Of a stretch of 64,000 nucleotides of DNA, positions 1 to 11,000 are shown piece by piece (positions within the stretch are counted from its first letter, which is position 1; each line of letters starts with the position of its first letter). The translations under genes were made by a program, and so were the position numbers. Source of the DNA: a bacterium (GTDB lineage: Bacteria; UBA8248); assembly GCA_965221165.1 (NCBI GenBank), contig CBDCRP010000003.1, positions 1,216,001 to 1,280,000 on the forward strand, given 5' to 3'. Under the pieces are notes generated by a model, which did no database searches, was not told the DNA's origin, and saw only the letters and a list, made by a program, of their open reading frames with translations.

Positions 1-245
1 GCCTGCTTCAGCAGAGCGGAGGCGGGCGGACTCTTCATGATGAAGGTGAAGCTCTTGTCCGCATATACCGAGATCACGACCGGAATAATCGTTCCCTCCT
101 TCCCCTGGGTCTGCGCGTTGAAGGCCTTGCAAAACTCCATGATGTTCACGCCCTGCTGGCCGAGCGCAGGCCCGACGGGCGGGGCGGGGTTCGCCTGGCC
201 GGCCGGTATTTGAAGTTTGATGATGCCAACCGCTTCTCTCGCCAT
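1..245 (-). CDS. rplK: 50S ribosomal protein L11 (3' part runs off the window)
   Basis: Manual translation [46 protein letters not shown]; lies downstream of nusG. Confidence 0.96.
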   Translation of the reverse strand, partial: MAREAVGIIKLQIPAGQANPAPPVGPALGQQGVNIMEFCKAFNAQTQGKEGTIIPVVISVYADKSFTFIMKSPPASALLKQ

Positions 246-368
246 TTTTCCCTCTCGGAGCAATCACGCCCTGAAATTTCGCCCGGACTTTCCTTCTCCC
301 CGTCTACCCGGACGCCACAAGCCCCGCGCGCTGGCGCGGAGCTTCGTTTTCGACAAACCTTCTCCCGC

Positions 369-896
369 TTACACCTTCTCCACCTGGAGCATCTCGAGTT
401 CCACCGGCGTTGCGCGGCCGAAAATGCTGACCATCACCTTGAGCTTTCCTCTGTCGGGGTGAACCTCGTCAATCTCACCGGTGAAGTTCACGAAAGGCCC
501 GTCTATCACCCGAATGTTCTCGCCCTTTTCGAAATCAATCTTGGGCTTGGGCTTCTCGGCCTCTCCACTCATCTGCTTGAGAATGTTTTCCATCTCGGCT
601 TCGGAGAGAGGGCTCGGAGACGTTCCGCCCAGAAAACCCGTCACCTTCGGGGTATTCTTGACGACATACCAGGTGTCCTCGTCGCATTCCATGCGGATCA
701 GGATGTAGCCGGGGAAGAATTTTCGCGAACTCGTGCGCCTTTTCCCGCCCTTCACCTTCACCACCTGCTCGGTGGGCACCACGATCTCGCCGAGCTTCTC
801 CTCGTACGCCTCACCGCGAAACTGCTCTTCGATAGAGAGCTTCACCTTGTTTTCAAAACCCGAGTAGGTGTGCACCACATACCAATTCATGGACAT
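369..896 (-). CDS. nusG: Transcription termination/antitermination factor NusG
   Basis: MSMNWYVVHTYSGFENKVK...FFPGYILI...KOW motif VIDGPFVNFTGEI...VSIFGRATPVEL; start trimmed to ATG at 896. Confidence 0.97.
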   Translation of the reverse strand: MSMNWYVVHTYSGFENKVKLSIEEQFRGEAYEEKLGEIVVPTEQVVKVKGGKRRTSSRKFFPGYILIRMECDEDTWYVVKNTPKVTGFLGGTSPSPLSEAEMENILKQMSGEAEKPKPKIDFEKGENIRVIDGPFVNFTGEIDEVHPDRGKLKVMVSIFGRATPVELEMLQVEKV

Positions 897-913
897 GCCG
901 AAATCCTGATTTA

Positions 914-1129
914 TTAGAAACCGAAATTGAGGAAATACCTGACGAATCGGGACAACGCCAAATCGACGAAACCCAAATATACCGCAATAATGAAGACGAA
1001 CACGAGAGCAACGGCGGTTTGAGCCGCCGTCTGGCGCATACCCAGCCACGTCACGCGCTTCGCTTCACTCTGCACGTCCCGAAGGAAGGAGCGCCCCTGA
1101 TGAATCCAGCCTACTACCTTATTGTTCAT
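914..1129 (-). CDS. secE: Preprotein translocase subunit SecE
   Basis: FLRDVQSEAKRVTW motif plus one TM helix; between tRNA-Trp and nusG. Confidence 0.92.
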   Translation of the reverse strand: MNNKVVGWIHQGRSFLRDVQSEAKRVTWLGMRQTAAQTAVALVFVFIIAVYLGFVDLALSRFVRYFLNFGF

Positions 1130-1190
1130 CCACCCGCTCTCCGCAGCCGCTCCCGAATCTTCCCGGACCAGAGTCCGGCGCCCGGGTTCA

Positions 1191-1266
1191 TGGCAGGCCA
1201 GGAGGGACTCGAACCCCCAACCGCCGGATTTGGAGTCCGGTGCTCTACCAATTGAGCCACTGGCCT
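1191..1266 (-). tRNA. tRNA-Trp(CCA)
   Basis: Cloverleaf AGGCCAG...CTCCAAA anticodon loop...GGTTCGAGTCC...GCCA. Confidence 0.96.
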
Positions 1267-1304
1267 CTGAAAACCTTCATTCTGAAAAGACTGCTCTACC
1301 CGCT

Positions 1305-2483
1305 TTATTCGACGACCTCCGTGACGACGCCGGCCCCCACCGTGCGGCCCCCCTCGCGTATCGCAAAGCGCAACTCGCGCTCCATCGCTATCGGCGTTAT
1401 CAACTCCACGTCCAGTGACACGTTATCCCCGGGCATCACCATCTCGCGGCCCTCGGGCAGCGTCACCAGTCCCGTCACGTCCGTCGTCCTAAAATAAAAC
1501 TGCGGCCTGTATCCATTGAAAAACGGCGTGTGCCTACCGCCCTCTTCTTTCGTCAGTATGTACACCTCGCCCCTGAACTTCAGGTGCGGCAGAATCGAGG
1601 CCGGCTGCGCCAGAACCTGCCCGCGCTCTATCTCGTCTTTCTTCACCCCGCGCAGCAATACCCCCACGTTATCCCCGGCCTGCCCCTGGTCCAGGAGTTT
1701 CCGGAACATCTCCACTCCCGTCGCCACCGTCTTCTGCGTGTCCGTGATGCCCACTATCTCCACCTCGTCGCCCACGTTCACGACCCCCCGCTCCACGCGG
1801 CCCGTCGCCACCGTCCCGCGACCCGAAATCGAGAACACGTCCTCCACGGGCATCAGGAACGGCTTGTCCACGTCCCGTACCGGCTCGGGGATATAACCGT
1901 CCACCGCTTCCATCAGAGCGTCTACCGAAGATGCGTCCGTGCCTTCCAGGGCTCTCAGCGCGGAACCCGGCACCACCGGAATGTCGTCGCCCGGGAACTC
2001 ATAGGTCGAGAGAAGCTCGCGGACTTCCAGTTCCACCAACTCCAAAAGCTCCTCGTCGTCCACCATGTCCACCTTGTTCAGATAAACACAGATGTAGGGA
2101 ACCCCCACCTGGCGCGCCAGCAAGATGTGCTCGCGCGTCTGCGGCATCGGCCCGTCCGCCGCCGACACCACCAGAATAGCACCATCCATCTGCGCAGCGC
2201 CCGTTATCATGTTCTTCACGTAGTCCGCATGGCCCGGACAGTCCACGTGCGCGTAGTGGCGGTTCTCCGTCTCGTACTCCACGTGCGCCGTCGCTATCGT
2301 GATGCCCCGCTCGCGCTCCTCGGGAGCCTTGTCGATCTCGTCAAAACCGATCTCCTCCGCCATCCCCTTCTGCGCCAGATGCTTCGTGATCGCAGCCGTC
2401 AACGTCGTCTTCCCATGGTCCACGTGTCCTATCGTCCCTACGTTCACGTGCGGCTTCGTGCGTTCAAACCTCGCCTTCGCCAT
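1305..2483 (-). CDS. tuf: Elongation factor Tu
   Basis: [28 protein letters not shown] motifs. Confidence 0.99.
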   Translation of the reverse strand: MAKARFERTKPHVNVGTIGHVDHGKTTLTAAITKHLAQKGMAEEIGFDEIDKAPEERERGITIATAHVEYETENRHYAHVDCPGHADYVKNMITGAAQMDGAILVVSAADGPMPQTREHILLARQVGVPYICVYLNKVDMVDDEELLELVELEVRELLSTYEFPGDDIPVVPGSALRALEGTDASSVDALMEAVDGYIPEPVRDVDKPFLMPVEDVFSISGRGTVATGRVERGVVNVGDEVEIVGITDTQKTVATGVEMFRKLLDQGQAGDNVGVLLRGVKKDEIERGQVLAQPASILPHLKFRGEVYILTKEEGGRHTPFFNGYRPQFYFRTTDVTGLVTLPEGREMVMPGDNVSLDVELITPIAMERELRFAIREGGRTVGAGVVTEVVE

Positions 2484-2712
2484 GGCTTACCTTCTCCTTC
2501 TGATTGAAATTCCAAAAATTATATCTTTCGGGGGAGAGGAACCACTTCCTCTCTTTCTTGTCGTTCCCGAAAAATGCGCCTTTATACCCGCTCGACCGAA
2601 ATCTTGTCCATAGCCAAAGGGGAAAATTGCGAACCCGAGAAATTCCAAGGCGTTTCGCACAATTTACAGGATAATGCACGAATCTCGAAATTTCAATGAA
2701 TTCCGCCTGCCC

Positions 2713-2788
2713 TGGAGCCCACGACCGGACTTGAACCGGTGACCTCTTCCTTACCAAGGAAGTGCTCTGCCGGCTGAGCTACGTGGGC
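2713..2788 (-). tRNA. tRNA-Thr(GGT)
   Basis: GCCCACGTAGCTCAG...CTTGGTAAG...GGTTCAAGTCC...CCA. Confidence 0.95.
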
Positions 2789-2969
2789 CGGCTGCGTCAC
2801 GGGCGTACGAATACCATTTGTTTCAGCCGGAGCAACCTCGGCGAACGATGAGCCCGGAGGTTCGTCTCGGGCGGATAATACAGCTTATTTCGGCAAGAGC
2901 AACCCCACGGAGCCGAAATCCACACGAATGAAATTCATATCAAGAAAAGGCAAAAGCCTCGAATCATCC

Positions 2970-3045
2970 TGGAGCGGGAAACGGGGCTCGAACCCGCGAC
3001 CCTCAGCTTGGAAGGCTGATGCTCTACCAACTGAGCTATTCCCGC
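2970..3045 (-). tRNA. tRNA-Gly(TCC)
   Basis: GCGGGAATAGCTCAG...CTTCCAAG...GGTTCGAGCCC...CCA. Confidence 0.96.
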
Positions 3046-3091
3046 CTCTGAGTCCAAAGCGCTTGTCTTCGTCGTCCGGGCGGTTATCTTT

Positions 3092-3176
3092 TGGTGGGGA
3101 GGGGAGGATTCGAACCTCCGAAGGCTGAGCCGTCAGATTTACAGTCTGATCCCTTTGGCCACTCGGGAACCTCCCC
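3092..3176 (-). tRNA. tRNA-Tyr(GTA)
   Basis: GGGGAGGTTCCCGAG...CTGTAAA, long variable arm, GGTTCGAATCC...CCA. Confidence 0.96.
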
Positions 3177-3335
3177 GAAAACCGCCGTTCACCAAAAACT
3201 ATTAAAAAAACCTTGCAGAAACCATCAATTCCCTGAACCCGCCATATCCACCGAACGCCGGACGGGGAAAACGGGAAACCCGGCGATCCTCCGGCCGGGT
3301 TCTCTCCAGCGAGGTTCGGGAGGCGCGTCCCGCCG

Positions 3336-3411
3336 TGGAGCTGGCGAGAGGACTCGAACCTCCGACCTGCTGATTACAAATCAGCTGCTCTACCAGCTGA
3401 GCTACGCCAGC
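3336..3411 (-). tRNA. tRNA-Thr(TGT)
   Basis: GCTGGCGTAGCTCAG...TTTGTAA...GGTTCGAGTCC...CCA; canonical Thr-Tyr-Gly-Thr-tuf order. Confidence 0.96.
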
Positions 3412-3426
3412 CAACAAAGGCGGGTT

Positions 3427-3455
3427 AAACTAGGCCCCCCGACGCACCTTGTCAA
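3427..3455 (-). promoter_or_regulatory. Sigma70 promoter of the tRNA-tuf operon
   Basis: TTGACA-17 nt-TAGTTT directly upstream of tRNA-Thr(TGT). Confidence 0.7.
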
Positions 3456-3566
3456 CCCCCTTTATCACCTTTGCAGGGGCGAAAAGCAAGAAGCGCGCGC
3501 GTTGGGAGTTCGCCGCGAGAATTTCCTCCGCGACCGCCGGGGTTCGGCCCCGGGAACTCGAGGCGG

Positions 3567-4346
3567 TCAAGATGGAGAACCCTCCGCGCGAGCCGCTTCC
3601 TCGCCCCCCACGCGATTAGAACACACCCCGTGGAGCAGAATCGCCGCGGCGACAGAGGCGTTCAGGGAAGACACCACGCCCTCCTCGATGGGTATGCGCA
3701 CGCGCGCGTCGCAATTCTTGAGCACCAGCGGCCGCACGCCCCTGCCCTCCGCTCCGATAACCAGCCCGCAAGGCCAGGGTAGTTCATCGACGCCCAGCGT
3801 CTTCTCGCCGCGCGCGTCCGCAGCCAGGAGCCAGTAGCCCGCCTCCTTGAGCGTCGAGACGGCCCGAGCCAGATTCGTCACGCGCGCGAGCGGTACGACC
3901 TCCAGAGCGCCGGCGGCCGCCTTGGCCACGACGGGCGTGAGACCCACGGCGTTATCCTTGGGCCAGACGACGCCGCCCGCACCTAAGGCCGCCGCGCTCC
4001 TTAAGATGGCGCCGAAATTTCTCGGGTCCTGCACCCCGTCGAGCAGCAGAATGGGCGGGGCCGCCGCAGACTGGGCTTCTATGAGGTCAGAAAGTCCGAG
4101 AAGCGGCGTGGGCGAGACCTCCGCGAGGAGGTTCTGATGCTGCGCGGTGGCGGCTTTTTTCGTGAGTTGCTTAATATCCAGCTCCTCGACGGGGATGCTG
4201 CGCGATTCGGCGAGCAGGACCGCCTCGGCGGCCCTGCGGCCCCGGCGCCCACCGGCGACGAACAACCGCTTCACCCGCTCGGGTCCGCGCTCCAGGGCCG
4301 CCAGCACGCTGTGCGCGCCGCAGACGTACTCGGGCTGGGGCTTCAT
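3567..4346 (-). CDS. rlmB: 23S rRNA (guanosine-2'-O)-methyltransferase RlmB (SpoU family)
   Basis: LDGVQDPRNFGAILRSA, GAEGRGVR, SSLNASVAAAI. Confidence 0.92.
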   Translation of the reverse strand: MKPQPEYVCGAHSVLAALERGPERVKRLFVAGGRRGRRAAEAVLLAESRSIPVEELDIKQLTKKAATAQHQNLLAEVSPTPLLGLSDLIEAQSAAAPPILLLDGVQDPRNFGAILRSAAALGAGGVVWPKDNAVGLTPVVAKAAAGALEVVPLARVTNLARAVSTLKEAGYWLLAADARGEKTLGVDELPWPCGLVIGAEGRGVRPLVLKNCDARVRIPIEEGVVSSLNASVAAAILLHGVCSNRVGGEEAARAEGSPS

Positions 4347-4423
4347 TTTTGAGAACTAATTGAGAAAGTTTGCAAAATGCTGATTACTCTCATCTCCCTA
4401 CCATACATTATCCGTTGATGGGC

Positions 4424-5047
4424 CTATTTTCTCTTCCTCATCTTATCGAAATCATCACTAAAATCCTTGCCCTGGATAACATCATAGATCAATTTGAGAC
4501 AATCCACTTTCAGCACCTCTATTTCATCTTTTTCGACAGGTTCGTCCGCATAGACCTCGGTGATCCACCAACAATCAATTTTGTCAATTAACTCTACGGT
4601 CTTCCAAAAACTTTCTGCCAAGTTTTGCATTAAGGGAATCGTTTCTTTGTCTAACAGAAGTTCGGGTAATTCATGCGCAATCTCATTCCGTGTGTCTCGT
4701 ATTTTGCGAATCGTCTCCTTGTCGGACTCGTTTATCACAGACATATCTTTCAACCACTCAATAGAGCCCAGCCATTGAGTACTCTCTCTATTTCTATTTG
4801 CTTTTTTCGGTGCCCTGCCAATCACCTCTTTTTCGTAGTAATCGCTATCTTTAGTGTCGCCGAAAGGAGCCTTCAAAGGTGACTCCACAGAATCGACCAA
4901 CATTTCGTGTGCAACGAGAAAAAGTCCCACCATGCTGAATTTCCGGCGCACAACATCAGGGTTAAATAAATGTTTTGCCTGCTCAATCACTTCGTCCGAA
5001 ATTTTAATTGTAGATTTCTCTCTCAAGGAATCATTCCTTATCAGCAA
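4424..5047 (-). CDS. Low-GC hypothetical protein with HEPN-like RxxxxH motif
   Basis: IRDTRNEIAHEL; markedly AT-richer than the flanking cysS and rlmB. Confidence 0.6.
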   Translation of the reverse strand: MLIRNDSLREKSTIKISDEVIEQAKHLFNPDVVRRKFSMVGLFLVAHEMLVDSVESPLKAPFGDTKDSDYYEKEVIGRAPKKANRNRESTQWLGSIEWLKDMSVINESDKETIRKIRDTRNEIAHELPELLLDKETIPLMQNLAESFWKTVELIDKIDCWWITEVYADEPVEKDEIEVLKVDCLKLIYDVIQGKDFSDDFDKMRKRK

Positions 5048-5056
5048 TTTTCTCGT

Positions 5057-6520
5057 TCACGGCGTCCTTCGCTTCCAGAGGGTGCCGTCGGGGCCGTCTT
5101 CCAGGACGATGCCGGCCGACGCGAGTTCTTCCCTGATCCGGTCGGCTTCGGGGAAATCCCTGCTCGCACGCGCCTGCGCGCGCCTGTCCAGCAACTCTTC
5201 TATCTCCTCGTCGCCCAAGGCCCCGTTTTGGCCCTCCTCACCCTCAGAGAGCGAGGCGCTCGCGGCGCTTCGGAACCACTCCTCGGGCGGGTGGGCGAAC
5301 AGGCCCAGAACCGCGCCCACCTCCTCGAAAACCTCGCGCGCAAGCCCGGCCGCCGATTCGGGCAACGCGCCCGCCTCGTTGATGAAGCCGTTTATGCGGC
5401 GCGAGAAATCGAACAAATACCCCAGGGCGCGCGCGGTGTTGAAGTCATCGTCCATGGCCTCGGTGAACTGGGCGCGGAAGGCGGCGACCGCCTCCTCCAC
5501 CCGCTCGCGCCAGCCGCCGGAATCCTCCCCGCCGCTCCGGGCGAGCCTGAGCCGCACGTTGTAGAGCCTGTCCAGCCCTTTTCTCGCCTCGCCCACCACC
5601 TGATCCGAATAATCCACCGGATGCCTGTAGTGCGTACCCAGCAGAAAATACCGGATCACCTCGGCGGGATGGTCCTCGAGAATCGCCTTGATGGTGAAGA
5701 AGTTCCCCTTTGATTTGCTCATCTTCTCGTGGTTGATCTGCACGAAGCCGTTGTGCACCCAATAGCGCACCCAGTCGTGGCCGAAGCAGCCCTCGCTCTG
5801 CGCTATCTCGTTCTCATGGTGGGGAAACACCAGATCCTCGCCCCCGCCGTGGATGTCGAACCTCTCGCCCAGGTAGCGGCTCGACATGACGGAGCACTCG
5901 ATGTGCCAGCCCGGCCGGCCCATGCCCCAGGGACTCTCCCACTCCGGCTCGCCGGGCTTCGCCGCCTTCCAGAGGGCAAAATCGAGCGGGTTGCGCTTGC
6001 CCTCGCCGGGTTCTATGCGGTGGCCCGCCTCGAGTTCTTCCGTATTGCGGCCCGAGAGCTTTCCGTAGTCCGGGAATTTACCGATGTCGTAATAGACGTT
6101 CCCCGCCATCTCGTAGGCGATTCCCTTGCCGATGAGTTTTTCGATCATGTCGACCATGCCCTCGATGTTCTCCGTGGCGCGGGGGGCGGCGTCCGCGCGC
6201 CGGACGCCGAGCGCGTCCATGTCGACGTAGTATTCGTCAATAAATTTTTCGGTCAGCTCGCCGATGGGAACCTTGAGGCGCCTGGCGCGGGCGATTATCT
6301 TGTCGTCCACGTCCGTGAAGTTGCATACGAAGCGAACATCGTAGCCCCGGTATTCGAAATAGCGGTGAATCACGTCGAAGACGATGGCGGCGCGCGCATG
6401 CCCGAGATGACAGTGGTCATACACCGTCACCCCGCACACGTACATCTTCACGCGCCCCGCCTCCAGGGGTTCGAAGGGCTCTTTCGTTCTCGTCAACGTG
6501 TTGTATAGCTGAAGGCCCAA
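5057..6520 (-). CDS. cysS: Cysteine--tRNA ligase
   Basis: [28 protein letters not shown]. Confidence 0.98.
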   Translation of the reverse strand: MGLQLYNTLTRTKEPFEPLEAGRVKMYVCGVTVYDHCHLGHARAAIVFDVIHRYFEYRGYDVRFVCNFTDVDDKIIARARRLKVPIGELTEKFIDEYYVDMDALGVRRADAAPRATENIEGMVDMIEKLIGKGIAYEMAGNVYYDIGKFPDYGKLSGRNTEELEAGHRIEPGEGKRNPLDFALWKAAKPGEPEWESPWGMGRPGWHIECSVMSSRYLGERFDIHGGGEDLVFPHHENEIAQSEGCFGHDWVRYWVHNGFVQINHEKMSKSKGNFFTIKAILEDHPAEVIRYFLLGTHYRHPVDYSDQVVGEARKGLDRLYNVRLRLARSGGEDSGGWRERVEEAVAAFRAQFTEAMDDDFNTARALGYLFDFSRRINGFINEAGALPESAAGLAREVFEEVGAVLGLFAHPPEEWFRSAASASLSEGEEGQNGALGDEEIEELLDRRAQARASRDFPEADRIREELASAGIVLEDGPDGTLWKRRTP

Positions 6521-6613
6521 CTGGTTCTCTCCAAAATGCGCGCGGATGAGGGGAAGAAAAATACGTTTCAGGCTTTATCCGGGCAGAAATTTGTCATGCC
6601 CCGCCGATGGGCG

Positions 6614-7096
6614 TCAAGGAGAATCCACGCTTATCGTGCAAACCGCATGCGCCGCGACTCCCTCCTCGCGCCCCACGAAGCCCATTCTCTCGCTCGTCGT
6701 CGCCTTGATCCCCACCAGATCGGAGGGGATCCCCAAGACAGAGGAGATGACCTCTCGCATCTCGGGAATATAGGGGGCGAGTTTCGGTCTTTGCGCCACG
6801 ACCACGGAGTCCACGTTGTGCGGTTTCATGCCTTTTTCTCTCAAAAGCGCCACCACGTCCGCCAGGAGCTTTCGGCTGTCCGCGTCCCGGTAGGCCTCAT
6901 CCGTGTCGGGAAAATGCGCGCCGATGTCGCCCAGGGCCGCAGCGCCCAGCAGCGCGTCGATAATCGCGTGGGTGAGCGCATCGGCGTCTGAATGCCCGCT
7001 GAGCCCCCGCTCGTGGGGAATCTCCACGCCGCCGAGTATCAGCTTGCGATCCGCCTCGAACCGATGAACGTCATATCCTATGCCGACGCGAATCAA
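6614..7096 (-). CDS. ispF: 2-C-methyl-D-erythritol 2,4-cyclodiphosphate synthase
   Basis: GIGYDVHRF, GHSDAD, DIGAHFPD, KATTSE. Confidence 0.97.
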   Translation of the reverse strand: MIRVGIGYDVHRFEADRKLILGGVEIPHERGLSGHSDADALTHAIIDALLGAAALGDIGAHFPDTDEAYRDADSRKLLADVVALLREKGMKPHNVDSVVVAQRPKLAPYIPEMREVISSVLGIPSDLVGIKATTSERMGFVGREEGVAAHAVCTISVDSP

Positions 7097-7857
7097 GCCG
7101 ATATCTCCCCTTCGCCATGTTTTTCAAAATCCATCAGCCGCGCCGCCCGCTGCATGTCTCCGGGCGCCGTCACCTTGATATTTTGAGAGCTTCCCTCGAC
7201 GAGCTTCACCCGAACGCCGATAGCCTCCAGCAGGGCCGCCTCGTCGGTCCCCTCGAAATCGTTGGCCTCGGCCCACTCCATCGCGCGCGCGAGCAGTTCC
7301 CGGCGCGCCACCTGGGGCGTCTGGGCGAGCCAGAGGCCCTCGCGCGAGCGCGTCGTCTCGACGTAGCCCTCGGGGTCGCCCACCTTCACCGTATCCACCA
7401 CGCGCAGGGCCGCGATGCTCGCCCCCGTCTCGGCCGCGCCGAGCAGGCACCTCTGCAGGAGTTCGGGCGTCACGAGGGGCCGCGCCCCGTCGTGCACGAC
7501 CACCCATGAGACGTCGTCCCCGGCGGCGGTCAAGCCGTTTCGCACCGAATCCTGCCGGCGCGCACCACCCTCGACGACCCGGAGGTCGACGTCCATACCG
7601 CCGGGAAGCTCGGGCGGGTCCGAGGCGGAGGGAACCACTACGACGATCCGGCCTATGAGGCCTGTGCGCGCGAGGCGCAAAAGACAGTGATGGAAAAGAG
7701 GTCTTCCCGCGAGGCTTCGGAACTGTTTCGCCACCGCCCCGGGCAGACGCAAACCCCTGCCTGCGGCGGGAACGATGGCCGCCGTCTCATCCGGCTTCGG
7801 CAATTCGGGAGAAGAACGCGCGCTCTCAGGCGCCGGTTTGCGATAGTTCGGCTTCAT
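7093..7857 (-). CDS. ispD: 2-C-methyl-D-erythritol 4-phosphate cytidylyltransferase
   Basis: PAAGRGLR, RQDSV, VHDGARP, AQTPQ, NIKVT. Confidence 0.95.
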   Translation of the reverse strand: MKPNYRKPAPESARSSPELPKPDETAAIVPAAGRGLRLPGAVAKQFRSLAGRPLFHHCLLRLARTGLIGRIVVVVPSASDPPELPGGMDVDLRVVEGGARRQDSVRNGLTAAGDDVSWVVVHDGARPLVTPELLQRCLLGAAETGASIAALRVVDTVKVGDPEGYVETTRSREGLWLAQTPQVARRELLARAMEWAEANDFEGTDEAALLEAIGVRVKLVEGSSQNIKVTAPGDMQRAARLMDFEKHGEGEISA

Positions 7858-8908
7858 CTCTTATTTTCGTAAAAATCATCCGCCCGGCGGTGGTCTGCAG
7901 GACGCTCGTCACGGAGACGGGGATTTTCTCGCCAATCCGGTGCTTCGCATGGTCCACCACCACCATGGTCCCATCGTCCAGATAGCCGACGCCCTGATTA
8001 TGTTCCTTGCCCTCCTTGATGACGAACACGCTCATCTCCTCGCCGGGCAGAACGACCGGCTTCACCGCGTTCGCCAGTTCGTTGATGTTGAGAACCCGCA
8101 CTCCCTGAAGCTCCGCCACCTTGTTGAGGTTGAAATCGTTGGTCATCACCATGCCGCATATCTCCTTGCCCAGGAGCACGAGCTTGGTGTCCACCTCCTT
8201 CACGCGGGGAAAATCCGTCTCCAGAATATGGATGTCGAGATCCTGGTTCTGCTGAATCCGCTGGAGGATGTCGAGGCCGCGCCGTCCCCGGTTTCGTTTC
8301 AGGGAATCGGAGGAATCCGCAATCTGCTGTAATTCCTTGAGCACGAACTGGGGCAACACCAGGGGACCCTCGACGAAGCCCGCCTCGCAAATGTCCGCGA
8401 TGCGCCCGTCTATGATGACGCTGGTATCGAGAATCTTGGCGTGGTGGTGCTTCTTGCCGCTCGCATCTTTTTCTTTTTCTTGTACGGAGTGAGACGGATA
8501 GCGGCGTCCCGCCACCGAGCCGAGAAAAACGCCCAGACAACTGAAAAGCAAACCGATGAAGGCGCCTGCCTGGGGGCGGACGTTTTGCGGAAACGCCTCA
8601 CCTATAAGAGCGCAGAGCAACAAGGCGGCCAGCAAGCCCAGGAGCAGGCCCACAGCCCCGCCGGCCAGGGAGCCGATTTTGAGCTTGGCGAGTTCCCTCG
8701 CGAGCGCCAGCAGAAGGAGGCCCGCCGCAGCGCCTCCGCCCAGGCCCGCCATGCGGTTCGGCGCAAGCAAGGCTTCGGCGAGCGCCCCGCCCAGTACGCC
8801 GCAAAGGACGATGAACGCAGCGCCCAGAATCAGGCCCAGGCCGCTCAACCCTCTCTTTTTCTCCAGGGGTATCTTCTCCAGCTGTATCTTTGGGATGGAT
8901 TCATTCAT
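7826..8908 (-). CDS. Membrane-anchored PIN/TRAM domain protein (YacL family)
   Basis: N-terminal TMs, LDTSVIIDGRI, TNDFNLNKVA, GVGYLDDGTMVVV; typical position before ispD. Confidence 0.92.
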   Translation of the reverse strand: MNESIPKIQLEKIPLEKKRGLSGLGLILGAAFIVLCGVLGGALAEALLAPNRMAGLGGGAAAGLLLLALARELAKLKIGSLAGGAVGLLLGLLAALLLCALIGEAFPQNVRPQAGAFIGLLFSCLGVFLGSVAGRRYPSHSVQEKEKDASGKKHHHAKILDTSVIIDGRIADICEAGFVEGPLVLPQFVLKELQQIADSSDSLKRNRGRRGLDILQRIQQNQDLDIHILETDFPRVKEVDTKLVLLGKEICGMVMTNDFNLNKVAELQGVRVLNINELANAVKPVVLPGEEMSVFVIKEGKEHNQGVGYLDDGTMVVVDHAKHRIGEKIPVSVTSVLQTTAGRMIFTKIRDEAELSQTGA

Positions 8909-9119
8909 ATATGTGTCCCCCGCGATGTTCTATAAACAATAAAAATAACAATACTCTCTTAAAATCACGTTGTTACGTTATGGTTTCAGGCGGAACCGAA
9001 AAACGCCTTTAACGACGAAACATCCGGCGTCGGGCATTTCATATACGGCATCGGGCGAAATGCAAAAGCGGGCGGGCGTGTCAGGGGCGTCGACCCCAGA
9101 ATAAAGACATGAAGAATGA

Positions 9120-9605
9120 TTACTCTTCATCCAGAATGAAATCCCCGCTTTTTCCTCCCGTTTTCCTCACGAGCCGGACTTCAGAGAGCACCATGCCCTT
9201 GTCCACCGCCTTGCACATGTCGTAAACGGTCAAACCGGCCACGCTCACGGCGGTCAGGGCTTCCATTTCCACGCCCGTTCTGTCCCGCGCGCGCACGGCG
9301 GCCTCGATGCGGAGCAGGCCGAGCGGCTCATCGGCCGAGAAGTCGACCTCCACGCTCGATATGCGCAGGGGATGACACATCGGGATGAGGCTTGCGCACT
9401 GCTTCGCCGCCATGACGCCGGCGATGCGCGCCGTGCCCAGCACGTCGCCCTTGGGCAGGCCCCCTGCGAGGATGAGGTTCAGGGTTTCGGGCGCCATCTC
9501 CAGACGGCCGCGCGCCACGGCCTGCCGGTGGGTGACTTCCTTCCCGCCCACATCCACCATGCGGGCGCGGCCCTGCTCGTCGATGTGAGAGAGTTCCTGG
9601 GGCAC
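9120..9605 (-). CDS. moaC: Cyclic pyranopterin monophosphate synthase MoaC
   Basis: MVDVGGK, LIPMCHP, TGVEMEAL, DMCKAVD, KTGGKSG. Confidence 0.96.
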   Translation of the reverse strand: MPQELSHIDEQGRARMVDVGGKEVTHRQAVARGRLEMAPETLNLILAGGLPKGDVLGTARIAGVMAAKQCASLIPMCHPLRISSVEVDFSADEPLGLLRIEAAVRARDRTGVEMEALTAVSVAGLTVYDMCKAVDKGMVLSEVRLVRKTGGKSGDFILDEE

Positions 9606-9781
9606 CGATAACGCCCTCCCGACTGACCTGGCGAAACGGGCAGTTCCACCTTTTGGGACAAATTACATGGGATCATCATACAACAGGAGCGTGAAACATC
9701 AAGCGAAAAAGAAACAAGGGGTTTTGGCGGGGCGGGAAGTGTGGAGAAAAAAGAAAACGGGGGAATCACTCCCTCTCGCTT

Positions 9782-10082
9782 GTAGGGGAGTAATCTTGAA
9801 CGCCTCGTTTTTCTGTAGTGGCAGCCCCTCCTCGGGACTGCCACACAGACCTGCGTGTCCGCCCTCCTGATGCGAGAATTCCCTGTAGGACGACCGTAGG
9901 GGCCGCCCCTCCTCGGGACTGCCCCACCATTCACGAACCGCCCCTACAACCAAAACCAAACGCGGGCGGACACACAGGTCCGCCCCTACACCTTCATTCC
10001 GATTATATGGGCCCCGTAGGGACAGGCGCCTGGCCGGTTCGCGTCCGCCCGAGGGGGGACAACCACGGGGGGTTATCCCTAC
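9782..10082. repeat. Cluster of GTAG-type REP palindromes (BIME-like)
   Basis: Several GTAGGGG(C/A)...CCCCTAC units in both orientations, e.g. 9896-9947, 9964-9989, 10056-10082. Confidence 0.75.
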
Positions 10083-10633
10083 AGCTTGGCGAGCGTCAGC
10101 CCCTGTTGTTTCTGGTACTTGCCCTTCTTGTCGGCGTAGGAGATCTCGCACTCCTCGTCGCTCTCGAAGAAGAGCACCTGGGCGATGCCCTCGTTCGCGT
10201 ATATCTTGGCGGGCAGGGGCGTGGTGTTCGACACCTCGAGGGTGACGAAGCCCTCCCACTCGGGTTCGAAGGGCGTGACGTTGACGATGATGCCGCAGCG
10301 CGCGTAGGTGCTCTTGCCGACGCAGACGGTGAGCACGCTTCTGGGAATGCGGAAATACTCCACCGTCTTGGCGAGGGCGAAGGAATTGGGCGGGATGATG
10401 CAGGTGTCGTCCTTGACGTGGACGAGCGAGCGCTCGTCGAAATTTTTGGGATCCACGATGGTCGAGTTCACGTTCGTGAAGATCATGAACTCATCGGCGA
10501 TGCGGATGTCGTATCCATAGGAGGAGACGCCGTAGGATATGGCGCCCTCGCGCACTTGTTTGTCCTCGAAGGGCTCGATCATGCCGTGCTCGCGCGACAT
10601 CTTCGATATCCACTTGTCCGATTTAATCGACAT
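10079..10633 (-). CDS. dcd: dCTP deaminase
   Basis: [40 protein letters not shown]. Confidence 0.96.
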   Translation of the reverse strand: MSIKSDKWISKMSREHGMIEPFEDKQVREGAISYGVSSYGYDIRIADEFMIFTNVNSTIVDPKNFDERSLVHVKDDTCIIPPNSFALAKTVEYFRIPRSVLTVCVGKSTYARCGIIVNVTPFEPEWEGFVTLEVSNTTPLPAKIYANEGIAQVLFFESDEECEISYADKKGKYQKQQGLTLAKL

Positions 10634-11000
10634 CGCGTGCACCTCTCCTCGTCGAGCGCATCAGCCCCCCCGGCGCGCTCATCGGCGACGAGGGGCCGCC
10701 CAACGGCCTGAGAACCCCTTGCCCAAGCGCCATCATCCGGAATTCAAAGCCCGTTCAAAACGCAAACTTCCCGAGCGATACATTTCGATGAATCCACGAC
10801 GTTTGAGGGGGTGAAAGTCCCTGAAATGATATCTGGGGGCGAGAGAAGTCCGACTCCCCCCACCCCCAGATGATCGCCCCTGTCCGCCCGAAACGGAGGC
10901 GATTTCGCTCACCTGTTCTCCCGTTCGGCTTTGCATGCCCGATACAGGAGGCTTTCACTCTGGTTCGCTCGACGTTTCATGTCCTAGAAGAAACATATAA

